This document shows positions 1-9,886 of a DNA stretch of 32,000 bases, piece by piece. The number at the start of each line of letters is the position of its first letter. Position 1 is the first letter of the stretch. The position numbers were made by a program, and so were the translations under genes. This stretch comes from an uncultured archaeon. Its GTDB lineage: Archaea; Asgardarchaeota; Jordiarchaeia; Jordiarchaeales; Jordiarchaeaceae. The stretch lies in the NCBI GenBank assembly GCA_964510585.1, contig CAZECW010000075.1, positions 2,696-34,695 on the forward strand, in the 5' to 3' direction. The notes beneath the pieces were generated by a model. That model ran no database searches, was not told the origin of the DNA, and worked only from the letters and a program-made list of their open reading frames with translations.

Positions 1-9
1 AATAGAAAA

Positions 10-1350
10 ATGGAGACAATAGATAGAAAGGAGTTGAGGGAGCTTCAGTTTAAACTCGCCAAGAGACAGTTAAAATATGCTTATGAAAATGCACCATACT
101 ATCATGATAGATTCAAAAAGGCGGGAATAAAGCCAGACGATATTAGAGATTGGAAGGATTGGGAGAAAAAGGTTCCCATTACAGTGAAGGACGACCTGCG
201 AAACTATCGTGAAAAAACTAAAGATTCTTTTTACGGTGTGCTTGCACTACCCTGGGAAAAGGTAAGAGACATCTACATAAGTACCGGCACCACAGGTAGA
301 TCCACTTATTGGGCTTTTTCAAAAGAGGATTGGAAATGGATATACGAAATGACCCTGAGAACCGTATGGTCAATGTATCAACTTCGCCCCGGTGACATGT
401 TCTTAGGCAACGCTGGTAGATTTCACGGCGGATTCGAAGTAATGAGAGGACCAGATAGTCTGATGGACATCGGTATAACTGTACTATGGAACGATGTATT
501 ACCTTTACCAATGTTTATGGATAAAATGATTCAATACTGCCAAGATTTCAAAGGCAAAATTAAAGCAATATACTTCCCAGCTTTTCTATCCTGGGCTTTT
601 ATGGGTTACATGAACTCTAAGGGATTGGATCCAGTTGAGGATCTTGGTTTTGACAATATGATAGGAGGTTGGGCTGGAGGAGCGCTCACGACAGCTACAA
701 GAGACATGCTAAAAGACGTTTTCGGCTTCAAAGCAGTTCTGAACATGGCCTGTTTAGGGGACACAATGGTCCCATTGATAGGTTGCCTTGAGGGACAAGG
801 CCTCAAAACGCATGTTTGGGAAGACATACACTTAGTAGAACATGTGGATATGAAAACTGGAGAGCCAATAGAGCCTGATGAAGTGGGAGACTGGGTCATT
901 ACGCCACTGCATAACCACGCGGTGCCTCATATAAGGTGGAGAATGGAAGATTACACAAAAATGGATTTTGAACCCTGTGTCTGTGGCACAACACACCTCT
1001 CAATAACAATACTGGGCAGAGAATCAGACAAAATCACAATTGATGGTAAAATTATACTTCCCCAAATGGTTGAAGAAGTACTCTACAAGATACCCGAAAT
1101 AGGCCCCGGCGGTGCAATGGCTTGCCAAGTGGTTAAAACAGCCCCAGAAAAACAGGACAGCTTAATCATTAGAACAGGGTACATCCAGGATAAAGTAAAG
1201 GATCAGGCAGCTTTCAAAGAAAAAGTGAGAGCTAATGTTCAAGAGAGTTTAGGGGTACCAGTGAGGGATGTGGAGCTTTTAACCCCAGAAGAGGTGGCTC
1301 AAGCAGGAAGCGTAGGATGGAAAATAGCCAGAATACAAAAGAGATACTAA
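10..1350 (+). CDS. Phenylacetate-CoA ligase (PaaK)-family adenylate-forming enzyme; the true start may lie upstream of the window
   Basis: N-terminal ET..R.ELRELQ...YAYENAPYY; P-loop ISTGTTGR; C-terminal IRWRMED, CVCG and GRESD typical of the family. Frame is open back to position 1. Confidence 0.85.
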   Translation: METIDRKELRELQFKLAKRQLKYAYENAPYYHDRFKKAGIKPDDIRDWKDWEKKVPITVKDDLRNYREKTKDSFYGVLALPWEKVRDIYISTGTTGRSTYWAFSKEDWKWIYEMTLRTVWSMYQLRPGDMFLGNAGRFHGGFEVMRGPDSLMDIGITVLWNDVLPLPMFMDKMIQYCQDFKGKIKAIYFPAFLSWAFMGYMNSKGLDPVEDLGFDNMIGGWAGGALTTATRDMLKDVFGFKAVLNMACLGDTMVPLIGCLEGQGLKTHVWEDIHLVEHVDMKTGEPIEPDEVGDWVITPLHNHAVPHIRWRMEDYTKMDFEPCVCGTTHLSITILGRESDKITIDGKIILPQMVEEVLYKIPEIGPGGAMACQVVKTAPEKQDSLIIRTGYIQDKVKDQAAFKEKVRANVQESLGVPVRDVELLTPEEVAQAGSVGWKIARIQKRY

Positions 1351-1395
1351 TAAAAGAGTGGTGTGGGCAAATCCGGTTTGAACCAGTTCCAAATA

Positions 1396-1420
1396 TTATT
1401 TTTTTCCTTTTTAGCTATTT
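1396..1420 (+). terminator. Putative oligo-T archaeal terminator
   Basis: T-tracts about 50 nt after the stop of the ligase gene. Confidence 0.45.
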
Positions 1421-1678
1421 TACTAGGATTTAAAGTCTGCTGTTTTTTAGTACCATATCTTGATTCCACAAAAAGGACAAAATATAACGTGCAGATAAAC
1501 GGCTGAAATGCCCTGAAAAATAGTTATAATTTCAGCTGCTATGTTTATTTGCCAAAGCTTGCAATGAACCATTTTGGCTAAATTCTTAGTCATTGTTTCT
1601 TTTAGATTATAATTATAGTAGGGTAACACAAACATTAAAAGTGATATTAAAAATAGGAATGGTAAGGAGGATAAATGT

Positions 1679-2095
1679 ATGAGTAAGGATATGGAGTATC
1701 TCTGGAAAGCAAACCAGAAGGCTTTAGGACTTACAGATGAACAGGTTGAAATGATGAAAAAGAATCCTAAAGCTGTAAAAATGATTCAGCACAGCCCAGA
1801 CCTTTATAATAAAAAAATAGTGGCGGAAATTGTGAAAACAAAGAACTGCGCCTGTCACAAAGTGGGAGATAAAATCGTTTTCCGAGTAGCAGGAGGCATG
1901 ATAAAGGAGGAATCATGCGAAAACCCGTGCCTTTTCGCCATAGGACCATTAGCAACCCTCGGCTATATAATATTCGACCGTGTAGCATCCGGGTGCGACA
2001 CAAGTGAACTCATGATAGATAGTATCAAATGTATGGATGTAGGACTTGAAAACGGTGGTGTGGGAGAAGTACTAATGAAGATAAGAGTGGAATAG
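1679..2095 (+). CDS. Small Cys-containing conserved protein, TIGR04076-like
   Basis: GGAGG SD upstream; pattern C-x-C-HKVGD...C-x-x-A...C-x-D...V-x-M-K-I. Confidence 0.65.
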   Translation: MSKDMEYLWKANQKALGLTDEQVEMMKKNPKAVKMIQHSPDLYNKKIVAEIVKTKNCACHKVGDKIVFRVAGGMIKEESCENPCLFAIGPLATLGYIIFDRVASGCDTSELMIDSIKCMDVGLENGGVGEVLMKIRVE

Positions 2096-2240
2096 ACCAT
2101 GTATCAATAAAAAGACAATGAGATTTACATCTGAGGCCTAATATCTTAAATTCAATAAAAACCTGCGTAAGCTTCTCTTCTTAGATAATTATGAAAAATT
2201 TTTCATTGCAAGAAAAGTTTTAGTAAAAGGGGCAGCGAAA

Positions 2241-2599
2241 ATGTAATTCCGAAAGTTTGGAAAAACTTGACTGTAAGGTTTCAGCTTTAGGTTTCGGATG
2301 TATGTGTTTACTAACAAATGATGGGGTAACATTGGCGGAAATGTAAATGAAAAAGAAGCGATAGCAATGATTAGTATTCAATCGATCAAGGGGTCAATCA
2401 TATTTATGCATCATATCCGTACAATAATTGGAATGGTGAGATTGTTTTAGGAAAAGCGTTGAAAGACGGGTATAGGTTGAAGGTCAAACCAGCGGCAAAT
2501 TCTCCCGTGTTTTTCCTAAAGAAGATGGAAGATTTTGACACATAACCAAACGCACAATTAAAAAAGTTACAAACAGATCATACTCACTTTTATTTTCTA
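2241..2599 (+). pseudogene. Degraded aldo/keto reductase, N-terminal ~120 codons
   Basis: Manual translation across frameshifts: M*FRKFGK/LDCKVSALGFGCM.../NVNEKEAIAMI/YSIDQGVNHIYASYPY...EIVLGKALKDGYR.KVK...EDFDT*...QLKKLQTDHTHFYFL. Two in-frame stops and about 3 frameshifts. Confidence 0.85.
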
Positions 2600-3055
2600 C
2601 CAGTATTTGAAAATGGAATGTATGTTTGAAACTGGTTGTAGCTGGTAAGCAGCCACCAGAACAGCAGCCACAAACCTAGACTCCACTATCCATTCAAGTC
2701 GATGTCTTCTTTTTGGGAGGATCTTTAGCCCTCCTATCCAGCGAGGCCACACTCATTTACTTGAAGCCAGTTTACGTTATCTCAAACCACCCAAGTCAGG
2801 GGCGTCTGCTTCTTGCACTGGTTCGATTCTTCTTAATCTTAAGTATGGTGGGTGCGATCCTTAAAGAGACGAAGGGATTGGGAACCTTTTGTAATACGCG
2901 TAAGGATTCCCTGCTCTTCTTCCACCGTCTTTTTCTGGCTCTTTCCATCTTGGGGGATCTGCCATCGAAAATCGAAAAATTGTTTGAACAAAAACTGAGG
3001 AGTTGAAAAATATGATACTAGACTAACAAAGCAGGGATACTGATTATAGAGGCGG

Positions 3056-3072
3056 GGAAAATCTATTATAAG
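3056..3072 (+). promoter_or_regulatory. BRE/TATA-like promoter element upstream of ilvD
   Basis: Purine-rich GGAAAA followed by TATTATAA about 50 nt before the ATG. Confidence 0.45.
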
Positions 3073-3117
3073 TGATTACACCTTCTAAATTTATAAACAG
3101 AATTAGGGGGTTAACAT

Positions 3118-4833
3118 ATGTCTAAGCTTCCCGAGGAACTTATGAAAAAGGCGGAAGTTCCACAATTTGTTAAGGATCAGTTGGAAAATGTGGTTATTCC
3201 TCCACTGATATATGGTATGGGGTACACAGAGGAAGATTTGAAAAAGCCTAGAATAGGCATCGCAAACACTTGGAATGAGCTAAATCCTGGCCAAGTGCAC
3301 CTCAACAAGATTGCAGAGAAGGTGAGGGAAGGAATCAGGAGTGCAGGTATGACGCCATTTGAGTTCAGCACAATTGGTCCCTGCGACGGAATCGCACAGG
3401 GACACGAAGGCATGAGATTCATTCTCCCAACTAGGGAAATCATTGCTGCCTCCATTGAGATTATGGCTAAGGTGAACCGGTTCGATGGAATGGTTATGAT
3501 TGGAACATGCGACAAAATTGTTCCCGGAATACTGATGGCTGCTGCAAGGATAAACATTCCCACAGCCATAATTACTGGGGGCTACCATCTTCCATACTGT
3601 TTTCCCGGTAAAATATTTGATGAGGCGGAGGAGTTTGCCCACTACGAGATTGGTAAATTCTACTTCGCATGGCAGAGAGGGGAGATTCCAGAGGAGGAGT
3701 TTAAAAAGGCTCTCCACGGAATAGTAACTGGGCCTGGGGCTTGCCCCATGTTGGGTACGGCAGTAACTATGCAGTGTATGTGTGAAGCCTTAGGAATGTC
3801 TTTACCCTACTCCGGACTGTTACCTGCGCTGAGCAAGGAGAAGCTGGACTACGCTAAAAAGACTGGTGAAGCCCTAAGATACCTAGTTGAAAATAATATC
3901 ACACCATCAAAAATAATGACAAAGGAAGCTTTTGAAAACGCCATCAGGGTTCTCCTAGCAATTGGAGGCTCAACGAATGGCTATTTACACCTTCCAGCCA
4001 TAGCCCACGAGCTTGACATAAAAATAGAATTGGACCTTTTCGACGAATTGAGTGAAACCACACCCCAAATCGTGGCCCTCAAACCTAACGGTCCAAGGGC
4101 AATACAAGCCCTAGATGAAGCCGGCGGAATACCGGCAGTCATGAAAAGCATAAGCAGCCTACTGCATCTGGACGTCATAAACGTGTCTGGAAAAACTCTC
4201 AGAGAAACACTAAAAGATGTAGAAATTAAAGATAAAGAAATTATCAGGCCCATGGATAACCCGTTCAGCCCTGACGGAGGACTCGTGGTGTTAAAGGGAA
4301 ACCTGGCACCAGATGGAGCAATAGTTAAAAAGGCAGGCACACCTCCAAACATGTTCAAATATAGAGGCCCCGCAAAAATTTTTGAATACGAGGAGGAGGC
4401 AATTCAAAACCTGTTCCAAGGAAAAGTGAAGCCAGGAGAATGCGTAATAATCAGGTATGAGGGTCCCAAGGGAGGACCGGGCATGAGGGAAATGGCTGTG
4501 CCGGGACATATAATACAACTCTTAGGGTTGGGAGAATCATGCGCTCTTATAACTGACGGCCGCTATAGTGGCAGCACCTACGGGCTCTGTGTGGGGCATG
4601 TTTCTCCAGAGGCTGCTGAGGGGGGACCATTAGCAATAGTAAGGGAAGGAGACATAATAGAAGTTGACATTCCCAATAAGACTATCAGGTTAGACCTGCC
4701 AGATGAGGAGATAAAGAAGAGACTCGCGCAGTGGAAGCCACCAGAACCAAAATACAAGAAGGGCCTCCTCGCTTGGTACTCTCAGTTTGTAACTTCTGCA
4801 GATAAAGGCGCAATACTGAAACCAAAATTATAA
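3118..4833 (+). CDS. ilvD: Dihydroxy-acid dehydratase (IlvD/Edd family)
   Basis: Motifs PCDGIAQG, GTCDK, GAC, IGGSTN, GNLAPDGA, YEGPKGGPGMREM, TDGRYSG, GHVSPEA. Confidence 0.9.
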   Translation: MSKLPEELMKKAEVPQFVKDQLENVVIPPLIYGMGYTEEDLKKPRIGIANTWNELNPGQVHLNKIAEKVREGIRSAGMTPFEFSTIGPCDGIAQGHEGMRFILPTREIIAASIEIMAKVNRFDGMVMIGTCDKIVPGILMAAARINIPTAIITGGYHLPYCFPGKIFDEAEEFAHYEIGKFYFAWQRGEIPEEEFKKALHGIVTGPGACPMLGTAVTMQCMCEALGMSLPYSGLLPALSKEKLDYAKKTGEALRYLVENNITPSKIMTKEAFENAIRVLLAIGGSTNGYLHLPAIAHELDIKIELDLFDELSETTPQIVALKPNGPRAIQALDEAGGIPAVMKSISSLLHLDVINVSGKTLRETLKDVEIKDKEIIRPMDNPFSPDGGLVVLKGNLAPDGAIVKKAGTPPNMFKYRGPAKIFEYEEEAIQNLFQGKVKPGECVIIRYEGPKGGPGMREMAVPGHIIQLLGLGESCALITDGRYSGSTYGLCVGHVSPEAAEGGPLAIVREGDIIEVDIPNKTIRLDLPDEEIKKRLAQWKPPEPKYKKGLLAWYSQFVTSADKGAILKPKL

Positions 4834-5256
4834 ATTGCTCACCGATAATGGTAAGGTGGTTCGCCACTAAAATTGGAGACGAAAAGCAGCAAAAGGTGTT
4901 AAAAAATACTTCAATCTTTGTTCCTTAAGGGCTCTATTTTTGTCTGCGCGGTCATCTTCGCTTTCCTTCTGGTCTGAGGCCACTTTTTTCTTTTTTTATA
5001 TGGTTTTAGGAAACACCGATTGAAATCATGTTTCTATCGCCAAAGTGGTGGCTAGTGAAGTTTCCTTTGAAACTCAAGTTGTTTCTCTCTCACTTTTATT
5101 TTCGTGAATAAAAATTTGATAAAGTATAATCGGGAAACCGCATCTCTAAGGGAATTTAATTGGATGAAGGATTAAATTAACGCTACTTTTTAATAAATGT
5201 GAACCCATTAAGATGGGAATAATGTAAAATTTGGAGAATTAAATGGAGGGAAAAAT

Positions 5257-6411
5257 GTGTCGTTACCTATTAGAATACCTATTATTTATCACGGAGTAGG
5301 GTCTATTGAGCACCTAAGGAATTTTAGAGAGAAGAGAATTTTGATTGTATCCGACAAAACAGTTATCCAAATGTTTGGCGACAAGCTTTCAGATATTTTC
5401 AAGGATAGAGAGACAAAAATTTTTGACGAGGTGGAGCCTGATCCCAAGGACACAATTATGGTGAGGTGTGGTGATGTTGCCCGTAAATTTAAGCCAGAAC
5501 TTATCATTGGGATCGGAGGGGGATCAGCGATGGACACTGCCAAAGCGGCTTATTTCCTTTACGGGCAAGAATCCCTGAAATTATATGACATAAATGTGTT
5601 GGTGGAGTACAATTTGAGGGAAAAATCCAAACTGGTTTTGATACCAACCACTAGTGGAACCGGTGCTGAACACACGCCGGGATTAGTGGTTACGAATACT
5701 CAAACGGGGCAGAAGGTCTCCCTAGCTTCCTTTGAGTTAATTCCTTGGGCCGTGATTCTTGATCCTGCATTGACTTTAAAAATGCCGCAAAAGCTTACTG
5801 CTGCAACTGGACTTGATGCTTTAACGCAGGCAATTGAGGGGGCTATTAGTAAAATGGGAAGCGATTTCACACAAGCCCTAAATCTGTATGCAATTAAAAT
5901 TCTCTTTAAGTACTTACCGATGGCTGCTGGGGAGGGAGCGGGTGACATTCAGGTTCGTGCAAAGGTTCACTTTGCCGCCTCCATGGCAGGAATAGGCTTT
6001 GGAAACTCGGGTCTGGGTCTCGCCCACTCCTGTGGACATGCACTTGGTGGAGCCTTCCACATCCCCCACGGGATCAGTGTTGGGGTGATGTTGCCATACG
6101 TTATTGAATTCAATAAGCCCGAGTGTAGGGATAAGTACATTGAAATTCTTGAGTGCCTAAACATTATGGGTGTGGAAGATCCTGCAGCTACCTTATCCAA
6201 TATGGTCAGAGATATACTAAGAAAACTGAAGACGCCCCTAAGCATAAGAGGGCTCGGAGTTTCTGAGAAGGATTGGGAGCAGAATTTTGAAAAAATAGTG
6301 AATTGGACTAAGAGCGACATAATTACAATGATAAATCCGAGGATGGCAAGCGAAGAACAGATTAAAAAAATCTTCCAATATGCATACCAGGGAAAACCAA
6401 TAGATTTCTAA
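5257..6411 (+). CDS. Iron-containing (group III) alcohol dehydrogenase
   Basis: GIGGGSAMDTAK, PTTSGTG, GLDAL, GLAHSCGH...IPHG, NPR; GTG start after GGAGG. Confidence 0.92.
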   Translation: MSLPIRIPIIYHGVGSIEHLRNFREKRILIVSDKTVIQMFGDKLSDIFKDRETKIFDEVEPDPKDTIMVRCGDVARKFKPELIIGIGGGSAMDTAKAAYFLYGQESLKLYDINVLVEYNLREKSKLVLIPTTSGTGAEHTPGLVVTNTQTGQKVSLASFELIPWAVILDPALTLKMPQKLTAATGLDALTQAIEGAISKMGSDFTQALNLYAIKILFKYLPMAAGEGAGDIQVRAKVHFAASMAGIGFGNSGLGLAHSCGHALGGAFHIPHGISVGVMLPYVIEFNKPECRDKYIEILECLNIMGVEDPAATLSNMVRDILRKLKTPLSIRGLGVSEKDWEQNFEKIVNWTKSDIITMINPRMASEEQIKKIFQYAYQGKPIDF

Positions 6412-6755
6412 TTAATTTTCTATTAAATTCAGGAAAAAAGGTCTCCGTCAATTAGGTGATATCCATCCAAATTTCCCCATTTTTTTATTTTTTCATTACT
6501 TTTTGGTTCGTAAGTAGATTTCCTTTTAAAGGTCACGAAAATTTTGTCACCGTATTACCTTGCAAAATTTTTCTGTTGAGGGAAGTAAATTTTATGCATC
6601 TTTTTCCCTTTTTTCCTAGGAAGACTATTTTTTTCTTGGTGTATTTTTGAAGGATGGAGGAGTATCTGTTTATTTTTTTGGGAGGTTTGTAGGTAAAGAC
6701 TTAAATATAATTTTGCAGGTAACTACTTTAAAGTTGGTTTTGGAGGGAACATGAG

Positions 6756-7691
6756 TTGATTATTGACGCCCATAGCCATATTGTTGATAAGGATTGGTAT
6801 CCTGAAAGGTGGTGGAGTGAACTAGCTAAAGCCTTTGTTGACCCCGTGAAGCACTTGCTGGGTATGGAATTGACCCCGAAACAAATAGTTGAGCAGATAA
6901 TGCCGACTTTTTACGACCCCACGGGTGAGAAATGTCTTGCCGAGATGGACAAAGCAGGTATCGATATGACTGTTATATGTGCACAGGACTATGGTTTACT
7001 TCTGGGGGATCCCAAAGTATCCATTGAGGAGCAGAACCAGATTTTTGGGGAGATTCAAAAGAAACATCCTAAAAGATTCTTAGCCTTTTGTAGTGTTGAT
7101 CCCCGCAGACCCGGTGCAGATAAACTCGTTAGGCGGTGTTTTGAAGAGTGGAAGATGAGCGGTTTGAAGCTCCACTCATCAACTGGGTTTTATCCCAATA
7201 GCAAGGAAGTCTATAGACTTTTGGACATTGCAAACGAGTTTAAGAAACCGGTCCTATTCCACACTGGACAGATTGTGGCTCCGCTCAGGTCTAAGTACTG
7301 CAACCCCATGTTTCTTGACGACGTCTGCCTTGACTATCCAGACCTCTGGATACAAGCCGCGCATATGGGCTTCGGCTGGCGCTACGAATTATACCATCTA
7401 GGCTCATGCAAAACCAATCTCACAGTGGACTTCTCAGGCTGGCAGGTACTGGCAAAAACAAACTACGCCCGCTTCTGCCACGCACTACGCGAATGCTTGG
7501 ACGAATTCACAGCCGCAAGAGTTCTTTGGGGAACAGACAACCCCTACCTCCGCGCCGCAGTACCAGATAGTGAATGGATACAAATGATAAAAGACCTGCC
7601 AACCAAAGCTCCTGAGGGAATCACATTCACCAAAGAAGAAGTAGATGCTATGCTGGGAGGCAGCGCAAAGAAAATATTCGGAATAAAATAA
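6756..7691 (+). CDS. Amidohydrolase_2-family metal-dependent hydrolase
   Basis: IIDAHSH (HxH), GLKLH, FHTG, AHMG, WGTDNP; TTG start after GGAGG. Confidence 0.9.
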   Translation: MIIDAHSHIVDKDWYPERWWSELAKAFVDPVKHLLGMELTPKQIVEQIMPTFYDPTGEKCLAEMDKAGIDMTVICAQDYGLLLGDPKVSIEEQNQIFGEIQKKHPKRFLAFCSVDPRRPGADKLVRRCFEEWKMSGLKLHSSTGFYPNSKEVYRLLDIANEFKKPVLFHTGQIVAPLRSKYCNPMFLDDVCLDYPDLWIQAAHMGFGWRYELYHLGSCKTNLTVDFSGWQVLAKTNYARFCHALRECLDEFTAARVLWGTDNPYLRAAVPDSEWIQMIKDLPTKAPEGITFTKEEVDAMLGGSAKKIFGIK

Positions 7692-7733
7692 AAAGAGTAA
7701 AAAATATTTTTAGCCTAGAGGCCCCACTCTCTA

Positions 7734-7802
7734 TTTTTTTTATTTATTTATTTTTTTATTTTATTTTGGGAATTTTGGTCTGTCCCGTTCTTTTATTTTT
7801 TT
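7734..7802 (+). terminator. Long T-rich terminator region between convergent genes
   Basis: Multiple oligo-T runs downstream of 7691. Confidence 0.55.
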
Positions 7803-7817
7803 CGAGTTGCTGGTTTG

Positions 7818-8381
7818 TTACTTTTTGGAGAAGCCGTATGTTCCTAGGCGTTTTCCGAGGCTGTGGTATTCGCTTGATATGGGGTTCCAGGTTATGGGTT
7901 TTAGTTTTTCGAAGTTTATGCTTGTGGGTGAATCCATAACGTCCTCGTTTGCATTCACATTTACTATTTCGCCGATGAATAGGTCGTGTGCTCCAAGGTT
8001 GATTATATTTTTAACTTTGCACTCCATGTTCACGGGGCACTCCTCGATTAATGGGGGTTTCACCTTTTTTGCCTTGACTGGTGTGAGCCCGGTTTCTTTG
8101 AACTTGTCCACCTTTTTTCCAGTGACTATTCCACAGTAATCTGTTTCCTTCACAATGTCAGCGGTTGGTACATTCACAACGTATTCTTTGGTTTTACTTA
8201 TCAACTCGTGGGTATAGCGTGAGGGCCTTATGGAAATGCCTATCTGGGGAGGCTCAGAACACACCACTCCCACCCAGGCCAGTGTGCAAACATTGGGCTT
8301 ACCCTTCTCATCTATTGAGGTAGCTAAAATCACCGGGGTTGGATACAAAGCAATACTGGGTTTCATCTCCTTCTTACCCAT
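7818..8381 (-). CDS. Flavin reductase-like FMN-binding protein (flavoredoxin type)
   Basis: P.PV...N..TLAW, PP.IGISI, CG..TG..VDKF, P.I.ECPVN.EC, HDLFIGEI. Confidence 0.9.
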   Translation of the reverse strand: MGKKEMKPSIALYPTPVILATSIDEKGKPNVCTLAWVGVVCSEPPQIGISIRPSRYTHELISKTKEYVVNVPTADIVKETDYCGIVTGKKVDKFKETGLTPVKAKKVKPPLIEECPVNMECKVKNIINLGAHDLFIGEIVNVNANEDVMDSPTSINFEKLKPITWNPISSEYHSLGKRLGTYGFSKK

Positions 8382-8479
8382 TATAATTCCACCTCTGAAA
8401 AGTATTGCAGAAACTATAGTAGTTTATGCCATTTATTTTTATCTCAAAGAGTGTATGTATAGTCAGAAACTATCAGGTT

Positions 8480-9265
8480 TTATGGTTTGTTTAATTTTTT
8501 GGACCGTTTTTGAACCAAGCTGATTCGTACAGTATGGAAAAACATAACTGAGGCAACAAGTATCATCCCTAGAGTTATGGATAAATACGCGTTATCAATA
8601 ATTTGCGGATTCCATACTCCTCCTATGCTGTAACCTGCAAAGATAAAACCGTTTTGAACACCAACGTAAAGCCAAGAAAACTCATAATATACGTGCATCC
8701 AGTAACCATTTTTATATTCGTGTATTTGCATTTCTGATAGTGGCATGAATAGATCGGCCAAGAATTTTTCATATCTATGAATTTCCTGATAATAATGTAT
8801 AGTAAAGTTCACAGGATTTGTAGCATTCTTTTCAAGATAGAGTACCCACTCACTTGTACCATTGTAATATTTTTTCACTTCTACCGTGAAGTTGGCGCTG
8901 CTAACACTGTCCGCTTTGAAAACAGGATTCCTCTCAAACCAGCCCGGTTCTGTAATGTTTATGTAAAAGTTCACTGTATCGTTCACTTCAAGGTACCCTT
9001 TAAGATAGGGAGTAACTGCATGGTTGGAGTTTTTACCATAAAGGCTGTAGTAACTTATGTTAAAAGTATAATTGGGATTCTCGGACGTAAGCACACCAGC
9101 AACCATCTCCTCAGTAGAGTAGGAGGGATATGGTAATAGCACCACTCCCCAGTTGCGACCATATTTGAAAGCAAAGTAGGAACCCAGAAATATCATTGAA
9201 AAACCTACTAGAAGAATGAGGACTATTCCAATTCCCATCTTATTTGTAAACTTCTCCCACACCAA
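8480..9265 (-). CDS. Hypothetical membrane-anchored surface glycoprotein
   Basis: N- and C-terminal hydrophobic helices flank a beta-rich region with 8 N-x-S/T sequons; basic C-terminal tail. Confidence 0.7.
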   Translation of the reverse strand: MVWEKFTNKMGIGIVLILLVGFSMIFLGSYFAFKYGRNWGVVLLPYPSYSTEEMVAGVLTSENPNYTFNISYYSLYGKNSNHAVTPYLKGYLEVNDTVNFYINITEPGWFERNPVFKADSVSSANFTVEVKKYYNGTSEWVLYLEKNATNPVNFTIHYYQEIHRYEKFLADLFMPLSEMQIHEYKNGYWMHVYYEFSWLYVGVQNGFIFAGYSIGGVWNPQIIDNAYLSITLGMILVASVMFFHTVRISLVQKRSKKLNKP

Positions 9266-9886
9266 TTTCTCCCTTTGCCCATATTTTTACTGTTAACAGT
9301 TTTAGTAGAAATTCAAATAAATATTACGAATATCGAAACTCATATTATTGAAAATTTTTCCAGCTTTACAGCTAGTAATATAGACATAAACTGCCGAGAT
9401 AACGAATATGAAATTTAAACCTAAGCATTGCTAGTCCCCATTTCCATAATTGCAGAATAAGTCTCACTGAAACATGTAGTATTCCAGAAGCCTAGTGCAG
9501 CAACCATGTCTCCCAGCGCGAAAAATAATAGGATATCACAACTAGTTTTGCAACCAGAGGTCTGTAAGAAGACATCCATAATCCTCCCAATAATTGTTAT
9601 TCATATTTTTTTATTCTAAACTATATTTCTTTCTTTGTGTGCAAAAGGGGATTGATTTGAATTTTCTATTTTGAGGCTTTTTGAAATGCAGGGGTACGAT
9701 TTTTATTTTCGCTACCCTCCATGTTTGGCTCTTCATGTACGCATCTACATAAAGGAAGCTAAGGCTCAAAAATAGTAGTCAGAATATTCTTAAAATTTGG
9801 ATGGGTTAGACTTTTTATTTGGGTGATACTCTGAATTAAAAAAGGAAAAATCGTATTAGAAATTAAAGAAATGGATGGAGTAAGAT

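Noticed and set aside
1447..1635. 62-aa minus-strand ORF; similarly 6456..6650 and 15941..16150
   Set aside because: AT-rich intergenic sequence overlapping promoters or terminators, with non-protein-like composition.
2713..3006. 97-aa plus-strand ORF and short minus-strand frames
   Set aside because: No recognisable motif or SD. May be decayed coding DNA but cannot be assigned.
9300..9620. Possible decayed membrane-protein gene on the minus strand
   Set aside because: Only short frames and no coherent translation.
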